Below are positions 11,200-20,532 of a DNA stretch of 64,000 nt, piece after piece. The stretch comes from Pyrinomonadaceae bacterium (GTDB lineage Bacteria > Acidobacteriota > Blastocatellia > Pyrinomonadales > Pyrinomonadaceae): assembly GCA_046313635.1 (NCBI GenBank), contig JBKBYA010000005.1:61483-125482 (forward strand), in the 5' to 3' direction. The notes below the pieces were generated by a model, which searched no databases, was not told the DNA's origin, and was given only the letters and a program-made list of their open reading frames with translations. How positions within the stretch are numbered: position 1 is the first letter of the stretch; each line of letters starts with the position of its first letter. The translations under genes were made by a program, and so were the position numbers.

Positions 11200-11679
11200 A
11201 TGCAAAACAGACGACTCGAACTCTTCAGATCCCGATTTGGCCGTGTACACGAGCGGTCGGCCGCGCTTATCCAACTCGTGCCTGACGAGCGGCTGTACTG
11301 GCGGCCGCGAGAGACGCCAAACTCGATGGCTCCTTTCTCGTGCGGAGAATTTGTACTGCGGTCGGCCGGCGTTGTCGAGCAAACCTTCGGCGGCATCACC
11401 ACGCGGTTGTGGGACGACCCTTTCGAATGGACGCTGCCCGAGAAGCTCTCGACCAAGGCGTCTGTCCTCGAGTATCTCGCGGACGTCGAGGCGACGACCG
11501 AGAAAGGATTTGCGTTCCTTGCCTCGGACGAGTCGCTCGATCGTGAGATACCCGCTCCGACCGAGCTCAGGCAGATCCTCGCGATCCTGGTCGAGACGCT
11601 CGCCGCGGCCGAGCATTTTCAGGGCCGTGCGTATGCGATCTTCGGTTGTTTTTCGGACGAAAAGCTTCCCCGACCTTGA
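11200..11679 (+). CDS. DinB/YfiT-like protein
   Basis: Helical ~160 aa with DinB-like pattern (LYWRP..SCGE; EHFQG near C-terminus). Confidence 0.55.
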   Translation: MQNRRLELFRSRFGRVHERSAALIQLVPDERLYWRPRETPNSMAPFSCGEFVLRSAGVVEQTFGGITTRLWDDPFEWTLPEKLSTKASVLEYLADVEATTEKGFAFLASDESLDREIPAPTELRQILAILVETLAAAEHFQGRAYAIFGCFSDEKLPRP

Positions 11680-11774
11680 ACGCACACGCCCGGAACATAT
11701 CGTTGCGGACCGAACTTTTTCGTGCAAGAATTCGTTAACCGGAAGGCCTGAACAGACGACAGGAAATCAAAGCC

Positions 11775-12329
11775 ATGCATTGTCCCAACTGCGGTCAGCA
11801 ACAAGTATCGAGCGAGACAAAATTCTGTTCGCGATGCGGGCTCCCACTGGGATTGATCGCAGAGGTCCTGGCCAACGGCGGCTTCCTGCCGCAGCTTGCC
11901 GAGCTGAACAACAAGAACAGGATCTTCACCAAAAAGAACGGCGTCGTTTTTGGCATAATGTGGTTCATCTTGTTTTCAATGCTGTTCACGGCGCTGATGG
12001 GGATCGCTAACGCGCCCGAAGAACCTATCGCCGTGAGTGCCGTGATCGGATTCTTCGGTATGCTGCTGCTTGTCATCGGGTCACTCGTATTCCTGCCGAG
12101 CTCAAAGAAGCCCGGCATCGCTTTTCAACCGCTCCACGTTCCACGTCAGCCGGCGACCCCGGACGCCTCCCGCCGCGCCGCGCCCCATACCGCGCTGCCG
12201 CCGCAGCAGTCGATCCCGGTCTCGGCCTATGCCCCGCCGCGTGCCGGACGCTGGCGCGAGACCAACGACCTGCAGCCCACTTCGGTCACCGAAGAAACGA
12301 CGCGGCTTCTCGACGACGATAAGAATTAG
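11775..12329 (+). CDS. Zinc-ribbon, two-TM membrane protein with Pro-rich tail
   Basis: CPNCG..FCSRCG, two hydrophobic helices, tail PTSVTEETTRLL. Confidence 0.85.
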   Translation: MHCPNCGQQQVSSETKFCSRCGLPLGLIAEVLANGGFLPQLAELNNKNRIFTKKNGVVFGIMWFILFSMLFTALMGIANAPEEPIAVSAVIGFFGMLLLVIGSLVFLPSSKKPGIAFQPLHVPRQPATPDASRRAAPHTALPPQQSIPVSAYAPPRAGRWRETNDLQPTSVTEETTRLLDDDKN

Positions 12330-12334
12330 ATCTG

Positions 12335-12895
12335 ATGTATTGCCCAAACTGCGGCCAGCAGCGAGTGTCGAACGAGACGAGCTTTTGTTCCCGGTGCGGT
12401 TTTCTCCTCACGGGCGTCACGCACTTGCTGAATAATGGCGGTCATTGGCCGCTAAGCGAGACGAGCATCGCGAAAAAAGGCAGTTCGCCGCGAAGCCGCG
12501 GTCTCAAACAGGGAATCTTCATTTCTCTATTGACGTTTTTAGTGGTGCCGATCGTCGCGATAATCTCGGCATCGCTCGACCTCGGCCCGTGGGGTGTCGC
12601 GATCGCAACGATCGTTCTGGCGGTCGGCGGCGTTCTGCGAATGTTGTATTCGCTGCTCTTCGATTCGAACGAGCCGGACGGTCTGCCGGCGACCTTCCCC
12701 AGCTTTTCTCATAACCAAGCGCAGGGCACGACCGCCCCACCGGCCGCTTTACCGCCCCAGCAGAGCCATCCTGCTTCCTCCTACACGCCCCCGCCGCACG
12801 CGGCCGGCAGTTGGCGAGACGCCACCGATCCTACGCCGTCGAGCGTCACCGAGAGCACCACCAGACTGCTCGAAAAGGAGTCCGGCGATCAGTAG
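12335..12895 (+). CDS. Zinc-ribbon, two-TM membrane protein (tandem paralog)
   Basis: CPNCG..FCSRCG, two helices, ALPPQQS, tail PSSVTESTTRLL. Confidence 0.85.
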   Translation: MYCPNCGQQRVSNETSFCSRCGFLLTGVTHLLNNGGHWPLSETSIAKKGSSPRSRGLKQGIFISLLTFLVVPIVAIISASLDLGPWGVAIATIVLAVGGVLRMLYSLLFDSNEPDGLPATFPSFSHNQAQGTTAPPAALPPQQSHPASSYTPPPHAAGSWRDATDPTPSSVTESTTRLLEKESGDQ

Positions 12896-14628
12896 CCGAT
12901 CGCGGCCCCGTCGCTGCGGGAGTCTATCGAACCGAGTCTCACGCCGTCCTTGTCGATCATGATGCCCGTTGCCGATGCCAGGTACACGGGTCTCTCAGCA
13001 AACTTGTGTCCGTATTTTTCTAAGATCCGGATCGTGTCGGGCGAGAGTCCAAAGGGCTCGATCAAGAGCTCGTCAGGCAGCCACTGGTGGTGAATGCGCG
13101 GAGCGTCGAGCGCCTGCTGAATGTTCATCCCGTGGTCGATCACGTTGATCACCGATTGAAGCACCGCCGTAATGATCCTCGGCCCGCCGCGCGCGCCGAG
13201 AGCGAACCACGGCGTTCCGTCATTTCGCATCACGATCGTCGGCGTCATCGACGACAGCGGCCGCTTGCCGCCCTGCACGGCGTTCCTTTCGCCCTGCACG
13301 AGTCCGAACATATTCGGCCTGCCGGGCTGCGCCGCAAAGTCGTCCATCTCGTCGTTGAGCAGCACGCCGGTCCCTTTGACGGTGACGGCCGAACCGTACA
13401 GGTCGTTGATCGTGTAAGTATTCGTGACGATATTGCCGTCGGCATCGACGACGGTGTAGTGCGTCGTCTCCATCGGCTCTTTGCGGTTTGAGAGTTCGCC
13501 GGCGCGAATGTCGCGGCTCGGCGTCGCATCGTCGTCGTCGATCGAGCGCCTTCGCTCGTCGGCGTATCTCTTGTCGATCAGTTTGGCGGCCGGCACGTCG
13601 ACAAAGTCCGGATCGCCCATATACTCGGCCCGGTCGGCGAACGCACGCTTCATAGCCTCGGCGAGTACGTGATACTTGGCCGCGGAATTGTATCTCATCC
13701 CCGCGATGTCGTAGCCCTCGAGAATGTTGAGCACCTCGAGCATTACGACCCCGCCCGAGCTCGGCGGCGGCATCGTAATGATCTCGTGTCCGCGATACGA
13801 GCCGCGGAGCGGGATCCGTTCTTTCGCCTTGTAGCTATTGAGATCGTCGAGCGTGATGAGGCCGTTGTGAGCCCGCATATCGTCGGCGATCATCCTCGCC
13901 GTCTGGCCGGTGTAGAATTCGCGCGCTCCCTGCGACTCGATCCGCTGCAGCGTCCTTGCCAGGTCTGGCTGACGGAAGAGGTCGCCCTCGCTGAAGAACT
14001 TGCCGCCGTTGAGAAAGATCCTCTTGCTGTCCTCGTACAACGACAGGTCTCTCTGGTGCGATTTGAGCAGCTCGGCAAGCCGGTGACTAAGAATGTAGCC
14101 GTTCTGCGCCAGCATGCGTGCGGGACGTACAAGCTGCTGCCAGCTGATCCGGCCCGAGCCGTACTTTCGATGGGCGAGGTCAAATCCGGCGAGCGTGCCG
14201 GGCACGCCCGCGGCGCGATAGCCGACGGTCGACGAACCTTCGCCCTTGATCAGCTTGCCGTCGGCCCCGACAAAGACGTCTCGCGTCGCGGCCTTTGGCG
14301 CCATCTCGCGGTAATCGATCGCGAAGGCCTGGCCGTCTCGCCGGCGGATGAGCATAAAACCGCCGCCGCCGATATTCCCCGCCTCGGGATAAACGACCGC
14401 GAGCGCGAGGCCCACGGCGACAGCGGCGTCAACCGCATTGCCGCCTCTCTTCAAGATGTCGACGCCGATCTTTGACGCGAGCTCGTGCTGCGACACGACC
14501 ATCGCGTGCCGGCCGCGAACCGGCTCGGCCCACGCGCCGGAGACCGGCGTATGGCAAGGGAAAAACGTTAGCGAGAATGTGAAAAGAACAAAAAAAGCAC
14601 AAGCCGAGCGAAGGCGCTGAGTAGTCAT
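12889..14628 (-). CDS. ggt: Gamma-glutamyltransferase
   Basis: GGNAVDAA, GNIGGGGF, ETTH (catalytic Thr), LNDEMDDF, PLSSMTP. Confidence 0.96.
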   Translation of the reverse strand: MTTQRLRSACAFFVLFTFSLTFFPCHTPVSGAWAEPVRGRHAMVVSQHELASKIGVDILKRGGNAVDAAVAVGLALAVVYPEAGNIGGGGFMLIRRRDGQAFAIDYREMAPKAATRDVFVGADGKLIKGEGSSTVGYRAAGVPGTLAGFDLAHRKYGSGRISWQQLVRPARMLAQNGYILSHRLAELLKSHQRDLSLYEDSKRIFLNGGKFFSEGDLFRQPDLARTLQRIESQGAREFYTGQTARMIADDMRAHNGLITLDDLNSYKAKERIPLRGSYRGHEIITMPPPSSGGVVMLEVLNILEGYDIAGMRYNSAAKYHVLAEAMKRAFADRAEYMGDPDFVDVPAAKLIDKRYADERRRSIDDDDATPSRDIRAGELSNRKEPMETTHYTVVDADGNIVTNTYTINDLYGSAVTVKGTGVLLNDEMDDFAAQPGRPNMFGLVQGERNAVQGGKRPLSSMTPTIVMRNDGTPWFALGARGGPRIITAVLQSVINVIDHGMNIQQALDAPRIHHQWLPDELLIEPFGLSPDTIRILEKYGHKFAERPVYLASATGIMIDKDGVRLGSIDSRSDGAAIGY

Positions 14629-14752
14629 ACCGGTGAATTTACCAGAACTTCACTAACTTCCCGAAAACGGTTATAGTCAACCTTCTCCGCGCCGGCGGCA
14701 GCATTGACCGGCAAACCTGAGGCAGCCATGACAGACGGCGACAGTAAACGCA

Positions 14753-16057
14753 ATGAACTTTGTAAGTCTTTCTCAACGAAAGTTCGTGCAGTCGATCGGG
14801 CGCGTACCGGCCCGGCTCCGTCGAGGCTTGTCCGAATATCGATTCTTCGTCTACCTTAGCGTCCTCGGCCCGGGCATCATCGCCGCCAGCTCCGGCAACG
14901 AGGCGAGCGGTATCGCTACCTACTCCACCGCCGGTGCCGAATACGGATATTCATTGCTTTGGGTCTTTATCCCGATGACCGTGTTCTTTATGGTCGCGCA
15001 GGAGATGTGCGTGCGGATGGGCGTCGTCACGGGCCAGGGCCTCGCCGATCTGATCCGCGAGCAATTCGGCGTACGATGGACGGCCGTCGTGATGCTCGCG
15101 CTGCTCGTCGCCAACAGCGGAATCATCGTCGCCGAATTCATCGGCATCTCTCAGGCGTCGGAATTGTTCGGCATCTCGCGTTACATCTCTGTGCCGATCG
15201 CCGCCGTCGCGACTTGGTGGCTGGTCGCACGCGGCACGCCTAAGGTCATCGAGCGAATATTCCTTGTGATGTCGCTCGTCTTTTTGACCTATGTCCTGTC
15301 GGCATTTCTGACGCAGCCCGATTGGCGAGCGGTCGGCCGAGAGTTTGTCACGCCCAGCTTTTCGCTGGAGGCGGGATATCTCTTTACGGTCGTGGCGCTC
15401 ATCGGCACGACCATCACGCCTTTTATGCAGGTGTTTGTGCAGTCGTCGGTGGTCGAAAAAGGCCTGGACGAAGAGGACCTGCCGCTCGCCCGCGCCGATG
15501 CCATTATCGGTGTGATCTTTGCAAATCTGATCGCCGTCTTTATCGTCATTTCGACCGCGGCGACCTTGCATGCCGCCGGGATCAAGCTCGAGGACGCGTC
15601 GGACGCGGCGCGGGCGTTGAGCCCGGTGGTCGGCGAATACGCGACCTATCTCTTTGCCGTCGGGCTCTTGGGTGCGTCGATGCTTGCGATGGGCGTGCTG
15701 CCGCTGGCCACGGCATACTCGCTCAGCGAGGCCCTGGGATTTGAAAAGGGGTTGTCCCGTTCATTTCGCGAGGCGCCGATCTTTCTCGGCATTTTTACGA
15801 CGCTGATCATTATCGGTGCCGTTTGCGCTCTCATACCCGGCCTGCCGCAGATCCAGATACTGCTGCTTACGCAGTGCGTCAACGGGCTCCTGCTGCCGGT
15901 GCTGCTCGCGGCGATCGTGATACTCGCCAACAACGAGTCGATCATGGGCGAGCATCGCAACAGGCTCCCGCACAACATCCTCGCCGTCGGAACTACGGTC
16001 ATCGTATCCGTCCTTTCGCTGTTGTTGATTGGGCGCACGATTATTGGTATTTTCTAG
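14753..16057 (+). CDS. Nramp-family divalent metal transporter (Nramp-related, Mg2+-type group)
   Basis: LGPGII, QEMCVRMGVVTGQGL, multiple TMs; lacks canonical DPGN and MPH, has GNEASG and TITPFM. Confidence 0.85.
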   Translation: MNFVSLSQRKFVQSIGRVPARLRRGLSEYRFFVYLSVLGPGIIAASSGNEASGIATYSTAGAEYGYSLLWVFIPMTVFFMVAQEMCVRMGVVTGQGLADLIREQFGVRWTAVVMLALLVANSGIIVAEFIGISQASELFGISRYISVPIAAVATWWLVARGTPKVIERIFLVMSLVFLTYVLSAFLTQPDWRAVGREFVTPSFSLEAGYLFTVVALIGTTITPFMQVFVQSSVVEKGLDEEDLPLARADAIIGVIFANLIAVFIVISTAATLHAAGIKLEDASDAARALSPVVGEYATYLFAVGLLGASMLAMGVLPLATAYSLSEALGFEKGLSRSFREAPIFLGIFTTLIIIGAVCALIPGLPQIQILLLTQCVNGLLLPVLLAAIVILANNESIMGEHRNRLPHNILAVGTTVIVSVLSLLLIGRTIIGIF

Positions 16058-16063
16058 GCCGAA

Positions 16064-17584
16064 ATGCAGGGCTCCGAGATCCCGAGAAAGACATTCAAGT
16101 TCTTTGTTACCGCAGGCGTGATCGTCATCGCGCTGCTCGCTTTGCCTAGTCTCGAGTCATGGATCCTACCGCGAATAGCTCCAGGCCTCGGACTGAATAT
16201 CGGCGACGACGGCAAGCTGGTCGATGCCGCGGGCCGTCCGCCGGGGATGATGGCCGAGACGACGATCGGTCTTTTTGAGAACGTCTTTCATATCCTGACC
16301 GTGGTGCTCGCGATGGCGCTGGTCGTCGTCACGGTCAGGTTCCTGACCCTGATCGTCTTTAAGACGATCCTGCGCACGTCCGCTCAATCGGAGGTCGCGT
16401 CGCTCGCCCGCAGCGTCCTCTCGATCGTCATCTACATCGTTGCGTTCTTCATCATTTTTCAGTGGCAGTATCCGACGATCCCGCTCGCCCCGCTTTTTAC
16501 CGGGTCGACCATCCTCGGCATCGTCGTCGGTCTGGCCCTGCAGGATACGCTCGGAAATCTGTTCTCTGGCATCGCACTGCAGGCCGACCAGCCCTTTCAG
16601 GTCGGTGACGTCATTTCGCTGGCAGGCGGCCGCATCGGCGTCGTCCAGAGCGTCTCTTGGCGCGGCGTCAAGATCCGAACGCCGCAGGACAAGCTGCTCG
16701 TGATCAGCAATTCGGTCCTCGGCAAGGAGACCATCGAGGTCGCTCCGCGAAACGATCTCGCGGCACGCACCGTCAACTTCAACACGCTCTACTCCAACTC
16801 GCCGGCCAAGACGATCCAGGTCGTCCGCGAGGCGGTACGCCAGGTCGAGAACGTTTCGCCGCGGATGCGCCCGGTCGTGCGGGTCCGCAATCTCGGCGAC
16901 AACGGCATCGATTGGGAGGTCAAATACTGGATCGAGGACTATTCGAGATTCAACGACACCGACGCGCTGATACGCGAGCGCATCTGGTACGCCTTTCAGC
17001 GCGAGAACATCGAGTTCGCCTACCCGACGCGCACGCTGCACATCGAGACCAGGCAGCCCGAGGTCGCGTTCGAAGAGAAGGTCTCGACCATCGCCGACCG
17101 CCTCTCGCGTGTCGCGATCTTTTCGCCGCTCTCTGACGAGGAGATCGACCAGGTGGCGTCTTCGGCCGGAATACGCATCTACGCTCCCGGCGAGGCCATC
17201 GTGCGTGCCGGCCGCGAAGGCAATTCGATGTTTGTCATCACGCGCGGCTCGGTGGCGGTCAAGATACCGGACGGGAGCGGATTCAGGACGGTGAACCGTC
17301 TGCGTGAGGACGACTTTTTTGGTGAGATGAGCCTTTTGACCGGCGAACCGCGAACGGCGACCGTCGTCGCAGAAGAGGAGACCGAGGTGATCCAGATCGT
17401 GAAGTCGTCGATCAAGCCGATCTTTGAAAGCAATCCTGAGGTGGTCGCGTCGATCAGCGAGATCGTCGAGGAACGCCGCAGGCGTCTCAACGAGGTCGCC
17501 GCACAGCCCTCGACGACCGAGGAGGCCCCTAACCGCGGCCTGCTCGGCACGATCAGACGATTCTTTGGGCTGACCCCGGTTTGA
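16064..17584 (+). CDS. MscS-family channel fused to a cyclic-nucleotide-binding domain
   Basis: VGLALQDTLGNLFSG, PFQVGD, FAYPTR; C-terminal FFGEMSLLTGEPRTATV. Confidence 0.92.
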   Translation: MQGSEIPRKTFKFFVTAGVIVIALLALPSLESWILPRIAPGLGLNIGDDGKLVDAAGRPPGMMAETTIGLFENVFHILTVVLAMALVVVTVRFLTLIVFKTILRTSAQSEVASLARSVLSIVIYIVAFFIIFQWQYPTIPLAPLFTGSTILGIVVGLALQDTLGNLFSGIALQADQPFQVGDVISLAGGRIGVVQSVSWRGVKIRTPQDKLLVISNSVLGKETIEVAPRNDLAARTVNFNTLYSNSPAKTIQVVREAVRQVENVSPRMRPVVRVRNLGDNGIDWEVKYWIEDYSRFNDTDALIRERIWYAFQRENIEFAYPTRTLHIETRQPEVAFEEKVSTIADRLSRVAIFSPLSDEEIDQVASSAGIRIYAPGEAIVRAGREGNSMFVITRGSVAVKIPDGSGFRTVNRLREDDFFGEMSLLTGEPRTATVVAEEETEVIQIVKSSIKPIFESNPEVVASISEIVEERRRRLNEVAAQPSTTEEAPNRGLLGTIRRFFGLTPV

Positions 17585-18424
17585 TCACTGAACGTTCCCG
17601 TCGTAAATGTCGTGAAGCACTTCGCTGATCGACTTGCGATCACCAAAACGAGTCCCGCCGGCTGCCGGCTTTGCGTCGGCTGAGACGTCCGGATCCTTGA
17701 ATGACGCCGCACGCCGCGGCGTCTCTTCATTTTGATCCGCAGCCTCCTCCGCAGCGCACTTGGCTGCCAGCCGACGTTCCCGGTCAGGCCCGGCCTCGAG
17801 CTCGGCAGCCGCGTCGGCGATCGCGGCCGCCTCCATCAGCCGGCGGCTCTCGTCGAGCAGGGCCTGCCCGCGGTTTTTACGCGCACGCTCGAGGGCGCGG
17901 ATCGCGGCCGAGGTGAGCGGCGCCTCAGCCGGCTCGCGCTCGATCTTTCGCAGGATACGCACGTAATTGCGGAGCTCGTCGGACGGCGCGGTCATGCTCA
18001 TTTCGCTGCCCGCCTCAGACTCGAGCACCGCGGCCAGAAGCGACGCGGCCGCGGCATGATCGCCGACCTTGTTGTAGAGCGCGCCCAACGCAAATCGGAC
18101 TAGCGGCGGTGCCGTCGCCATCGATGCGATTATCCGCTCGCCGCGCATGATCACGTCGTGCACCTCAAAGCCGAACCAGCGCCGGTCGTCGTCGCGCAGG
18201 ATGTCGTTGGCGGCGAGATAAAACTCAAAAATGTCACGCGTCTCGCTGCGTGAAGCGGACGAGAATATCTTCCAGAGAAAGTATGCAAAGATCGCAAAGA
18301 ACAAGATCACGAAGATCGGAAAATCGACCACGACGAGCATCGCCGCGATGACGACAAAGGCCAGCGCGTACTGGCCCTTTTCAATCGCTCGCGAAGACGT
18401 TCTCTGGAGCTTGTCGTCGTTCAT
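17585..18424 (-). CDS. Hypothetical membrane-anchored helical protein
   Basis: N-terminal TM pair then TPR-like helix; co-oriented with the fur cluster. Confidence 0.7.
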   Translation of the reverse strand: MNDDKLQRTSSRAIEKGQYALAFVVIAAMLVVVDFPIFVILFFAIFAYFLWKIFSSASRSETRDIFEFYLAANDILRDDDRRWFGFEVHDVIMRGERIIASMATAPPLVRFALGALYNKVGDHAAAASLLAAVLESEAGSEMSMTAPSDELRNYVRILRKIEREPAEAPLTSAAIRALERARKNRGQALLDESRRLMEAAAIADAAAELEAGPDRERRLAAKCAAEEAADQNEETPRRAASFKDPDVSADAKPAAGGTRFGDRKSISEVLHDIYDGNVQ

Positions 18425-18452
18425 GACAAACCGCGGCAGCTATACCGCAAAC

Positions 18453-19043
18453 TCATGACCCCTTTTGGCCGTCAGCAGCCTTGGCGTCCCCAGCCGCGTT
18501 CTCGGCGGCGTGCTCGGCCGGCCGCGAGGACCTCTTCTTTTCAGCATCGAGCCGATGACCGACCTGAGCAAGCATGTCCGCGACCTTTTCGACGATCTTG
18601 TACGGCGAATTGAGCAAAAAGCTGATCGTGTCGCCGAGGGCCATCGCCTCGAGCTTGACGAGGTCGGCAAACTTTTTATCGAGCGGCAGATCGGCAAACG
18701 ATCTGATGTAGCTCTCGCTGTCGGTGCGTGCTTCGTCCTCGGTTCTTTTCGCTTCGTCGGTCATAACGACCATCGTCCCTCCTCTCTCGATCCTGGTCTC
18801 GCAGGCGAGGCGGCGGACGCGGGAGGCATCGCCGCCGAGGATCTCCTTTTCGTGCTCGGTCAGGGGCGAAAGAAGCTCCGCGCCTTCTTTGACGGTCACG
18901 ATGCAGCCGTGAACGTGGGGCTCTGCAGCGCGGTCGCACTCAAAGCGCACTCCCAAGCGACGCATCGCGTCGGAAAGATAAGTGCCCACCGCGACTATCC
19001 CCTCGACGTCTTCCCTTTCGGATCTGATCTCTACGTCGGCCAT
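18453..19043 (-). CDS. 2Fe-2S ferredoxin-like domain protein with helical C-terminal extension
   Basis: Beta-grasp-like N-terminus, LSPLTEHE, RRLAC; Cys pattern incomplete. Confidence 0.65.
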   Translation of the reverse strand: MADVEIRSEREDVEGIVAVGTYLSDAMRRLGVRFECDRAAEPHVHGCIVTVKEGAELLSPLTEHEKEILGGDASRVRRLACETRIERGGTMVVMTDEAKRTEDEARTDSESYIRSFADLPLDKKFADLVKLEAMALGDTISFLLNSPYKIVEKVADMLAQVGHRLDAEKKRSSRPAEHAAENAAGDAKAADGQKGS

Positions 19044-19050
19044 CACACGA

Positions 19051-19572
19051 TCATTCTCCGACGAGTGTCTTGACGCGGACGCGCGGCTGGGCACCCGACG
19101 GTGAAGTGGGCGTATCGGCCTCTTTGCGGCGACACTCTTTGCAAACACCCCATAACCGCAGGCTGTGATGGGTCGTGTTAAAACCGAAGTTGTCCGCTAT
19201 CTGGTCCTGCATCGCCTCGAGCTCCGCCGAGTAAAATTCGATCACCTTACCGCATTGGGTGCAGATCATATGATCGTGGTGCTCGTGGTTGTAATGATGC
19301 TCGTAGTAGGTCTTGTTGTCGCCGAAGCGTACCTCGCGCGCCAGGCCGGCGTCGGTCAGGAGTTTGAGCGTGCGATAGACGGTCGTGTGGCCGACCGACG
19401 GATCGACCTTTTGCACGAGCCAGTAGAGGTCTTCGCTGGTGAGGTGCTCCTCGGTGCGAAGGAAGATGTCCATGATCAGCTCGCGCTGAGTCGTACGGCG
19501 AAGTCCAGCCTTCTGGATGTGCTCCTGAAAGATCTCCTTTTCCTTTTCGAACTGCTCAACCTTCTTCGCCAT
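19051..19572 (-). CDS. fur: Fur family transcriptional regulator
   Basis: [22 protein letters not shown]-terminal CKEC. Confidence 0.92.
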   Translation of the reverse strand: MAKKVEQFEKEKEIFQEHIQKAGLRRTTQRELIMDIFLRTEEHLTSEDLYWLVQKVDPSVGHTTVYRTLKLLTDAGLAREVRFGDNKTYYEHHYNHEHHDHMICTQCGKVIEFYSAELEAMQDQIADNFGFNTTHHSLRLWGVCKECRRKEADTPTSPSGAQPRVRVKTLVGE

Positions 19573-19599
19573 CGGATGTTGTCGTGTGCGGGTATTTTA

Positions 19600-20484
19600 T
19601 CACCGGAGTTTTTCTTTAGCTATCAAAAGGCGTTCGCGCATCGAGGCGATGTCCGAGAGGTCGCCGCGGCGAGACGCGGCCGCGATATCCAGCGAGCGCA
19701 TCGCGAGATCGTAAAAGATCTCGGCCTCGAGGGCAGACGCATCCTCGCCGAGCGATGCGATCTGTCGCTCGAGGGCCGCGGCATCGCCGCGGGCAAAGGT
19801 GCCCGTCAGAGCGTTAGCGGTCTCCTGCACAGAGAGATTTGCCAGCGTGCTTCGCATTAAGGGCAGCAGAATCTTTCGCGCTTCGGACCTGGCCAGCCCG
19901 GCGGCGGTCATCAGCGTGAACGCGACGTCTGCGAGCGCGACGAGGTGCCCTGCAGACGCCACGGCGGCGAGGTGATAAAGGGGCTTTTTTGCGGTGCTGA
20001 CGGTAAAGGCCCGGCCGCCGAGCATTTTAGCGATCCGTCGCCCGGCGCGTACGGCGCCCGCGTCGCCCTCGACGCAAAAATAGACGCCGCCGAACGCTCG
20101 TCGACCCGTGTCGGCCGAGCTGACCGACACGAGCGGGTGCAAAGAGCCGATCACGCAGCCCGACGCCTTGAGCTCCTCAAGCTCGGTCGAGGGCAGCGAC
20201 CCGCTGGTGTGCAGCACCACGGCGCCTTTGCCCAGCTTGCCGGAGAGCGCGTCCGCAGCGCGTCGTATCGACTGATCGGCGGTCGTGATCAGAACGACGT
20301 CGCAGCCAAGCGCAAATTCGCTCTCGAGGGAATGTACCGCGGGACGCGGCCGGAGCCTGCCGGCGATGGCAGCCGCACTTCGCGGGTCTCGCGAGACGAG
20401 CGCCTCGATCTCGCCGCCCGCATCAGCAAGCGCGAGTGCGAGCGCTCCGCCCAGTCGTCCGATCCCGATGATCGAGAACCTCAT
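19600..20484 (-). CDS. Rossmann-like plus DUF2520 protein (PanG-like ketopantoate reductase candidate)
   Basis: GIGRLG, HTSG, SLHPL, YHLAAV, LTG..ARGD. Confidence 0.82.
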   Translation of the reverse strand: MRFSIIGIGRLGGALALALADAGGEIEALVSRDPRSAAAIAGRLRPRPAVHSLESEFALGCDVVLITTADQSIRRAADALSGKLGKGAVVLHTSGSLPSTELEELKASGCVIGSLHPLVSVSSADTGRRAFGGVYFCVEGDAGAVRAGRRIAKMLGGRAFTVSTAKKPLYHLAAVASAGHLVALADVAFTLMTAAGLARSEARKILLPLMRSTLANLSVQETANALTGTFARGDAAALERQIASLGEDASALEAEIFYDLAMRSLDIAAASRRGDLSDIASMRERLLIAKEKLR

Positions 20485-20532
20485 CACCAGCAAAAAGTAG
20501 CACAGGTATCAGAGCACGCGAAAAGTGTGTCG

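Noticed and set aside
14630..14752. Metal-sensing riboswitch upstream of the Nramp-family gene
   Set aside because: Short divergent intergenic region with no recognisable yybP-ykoY or M-box consensus.
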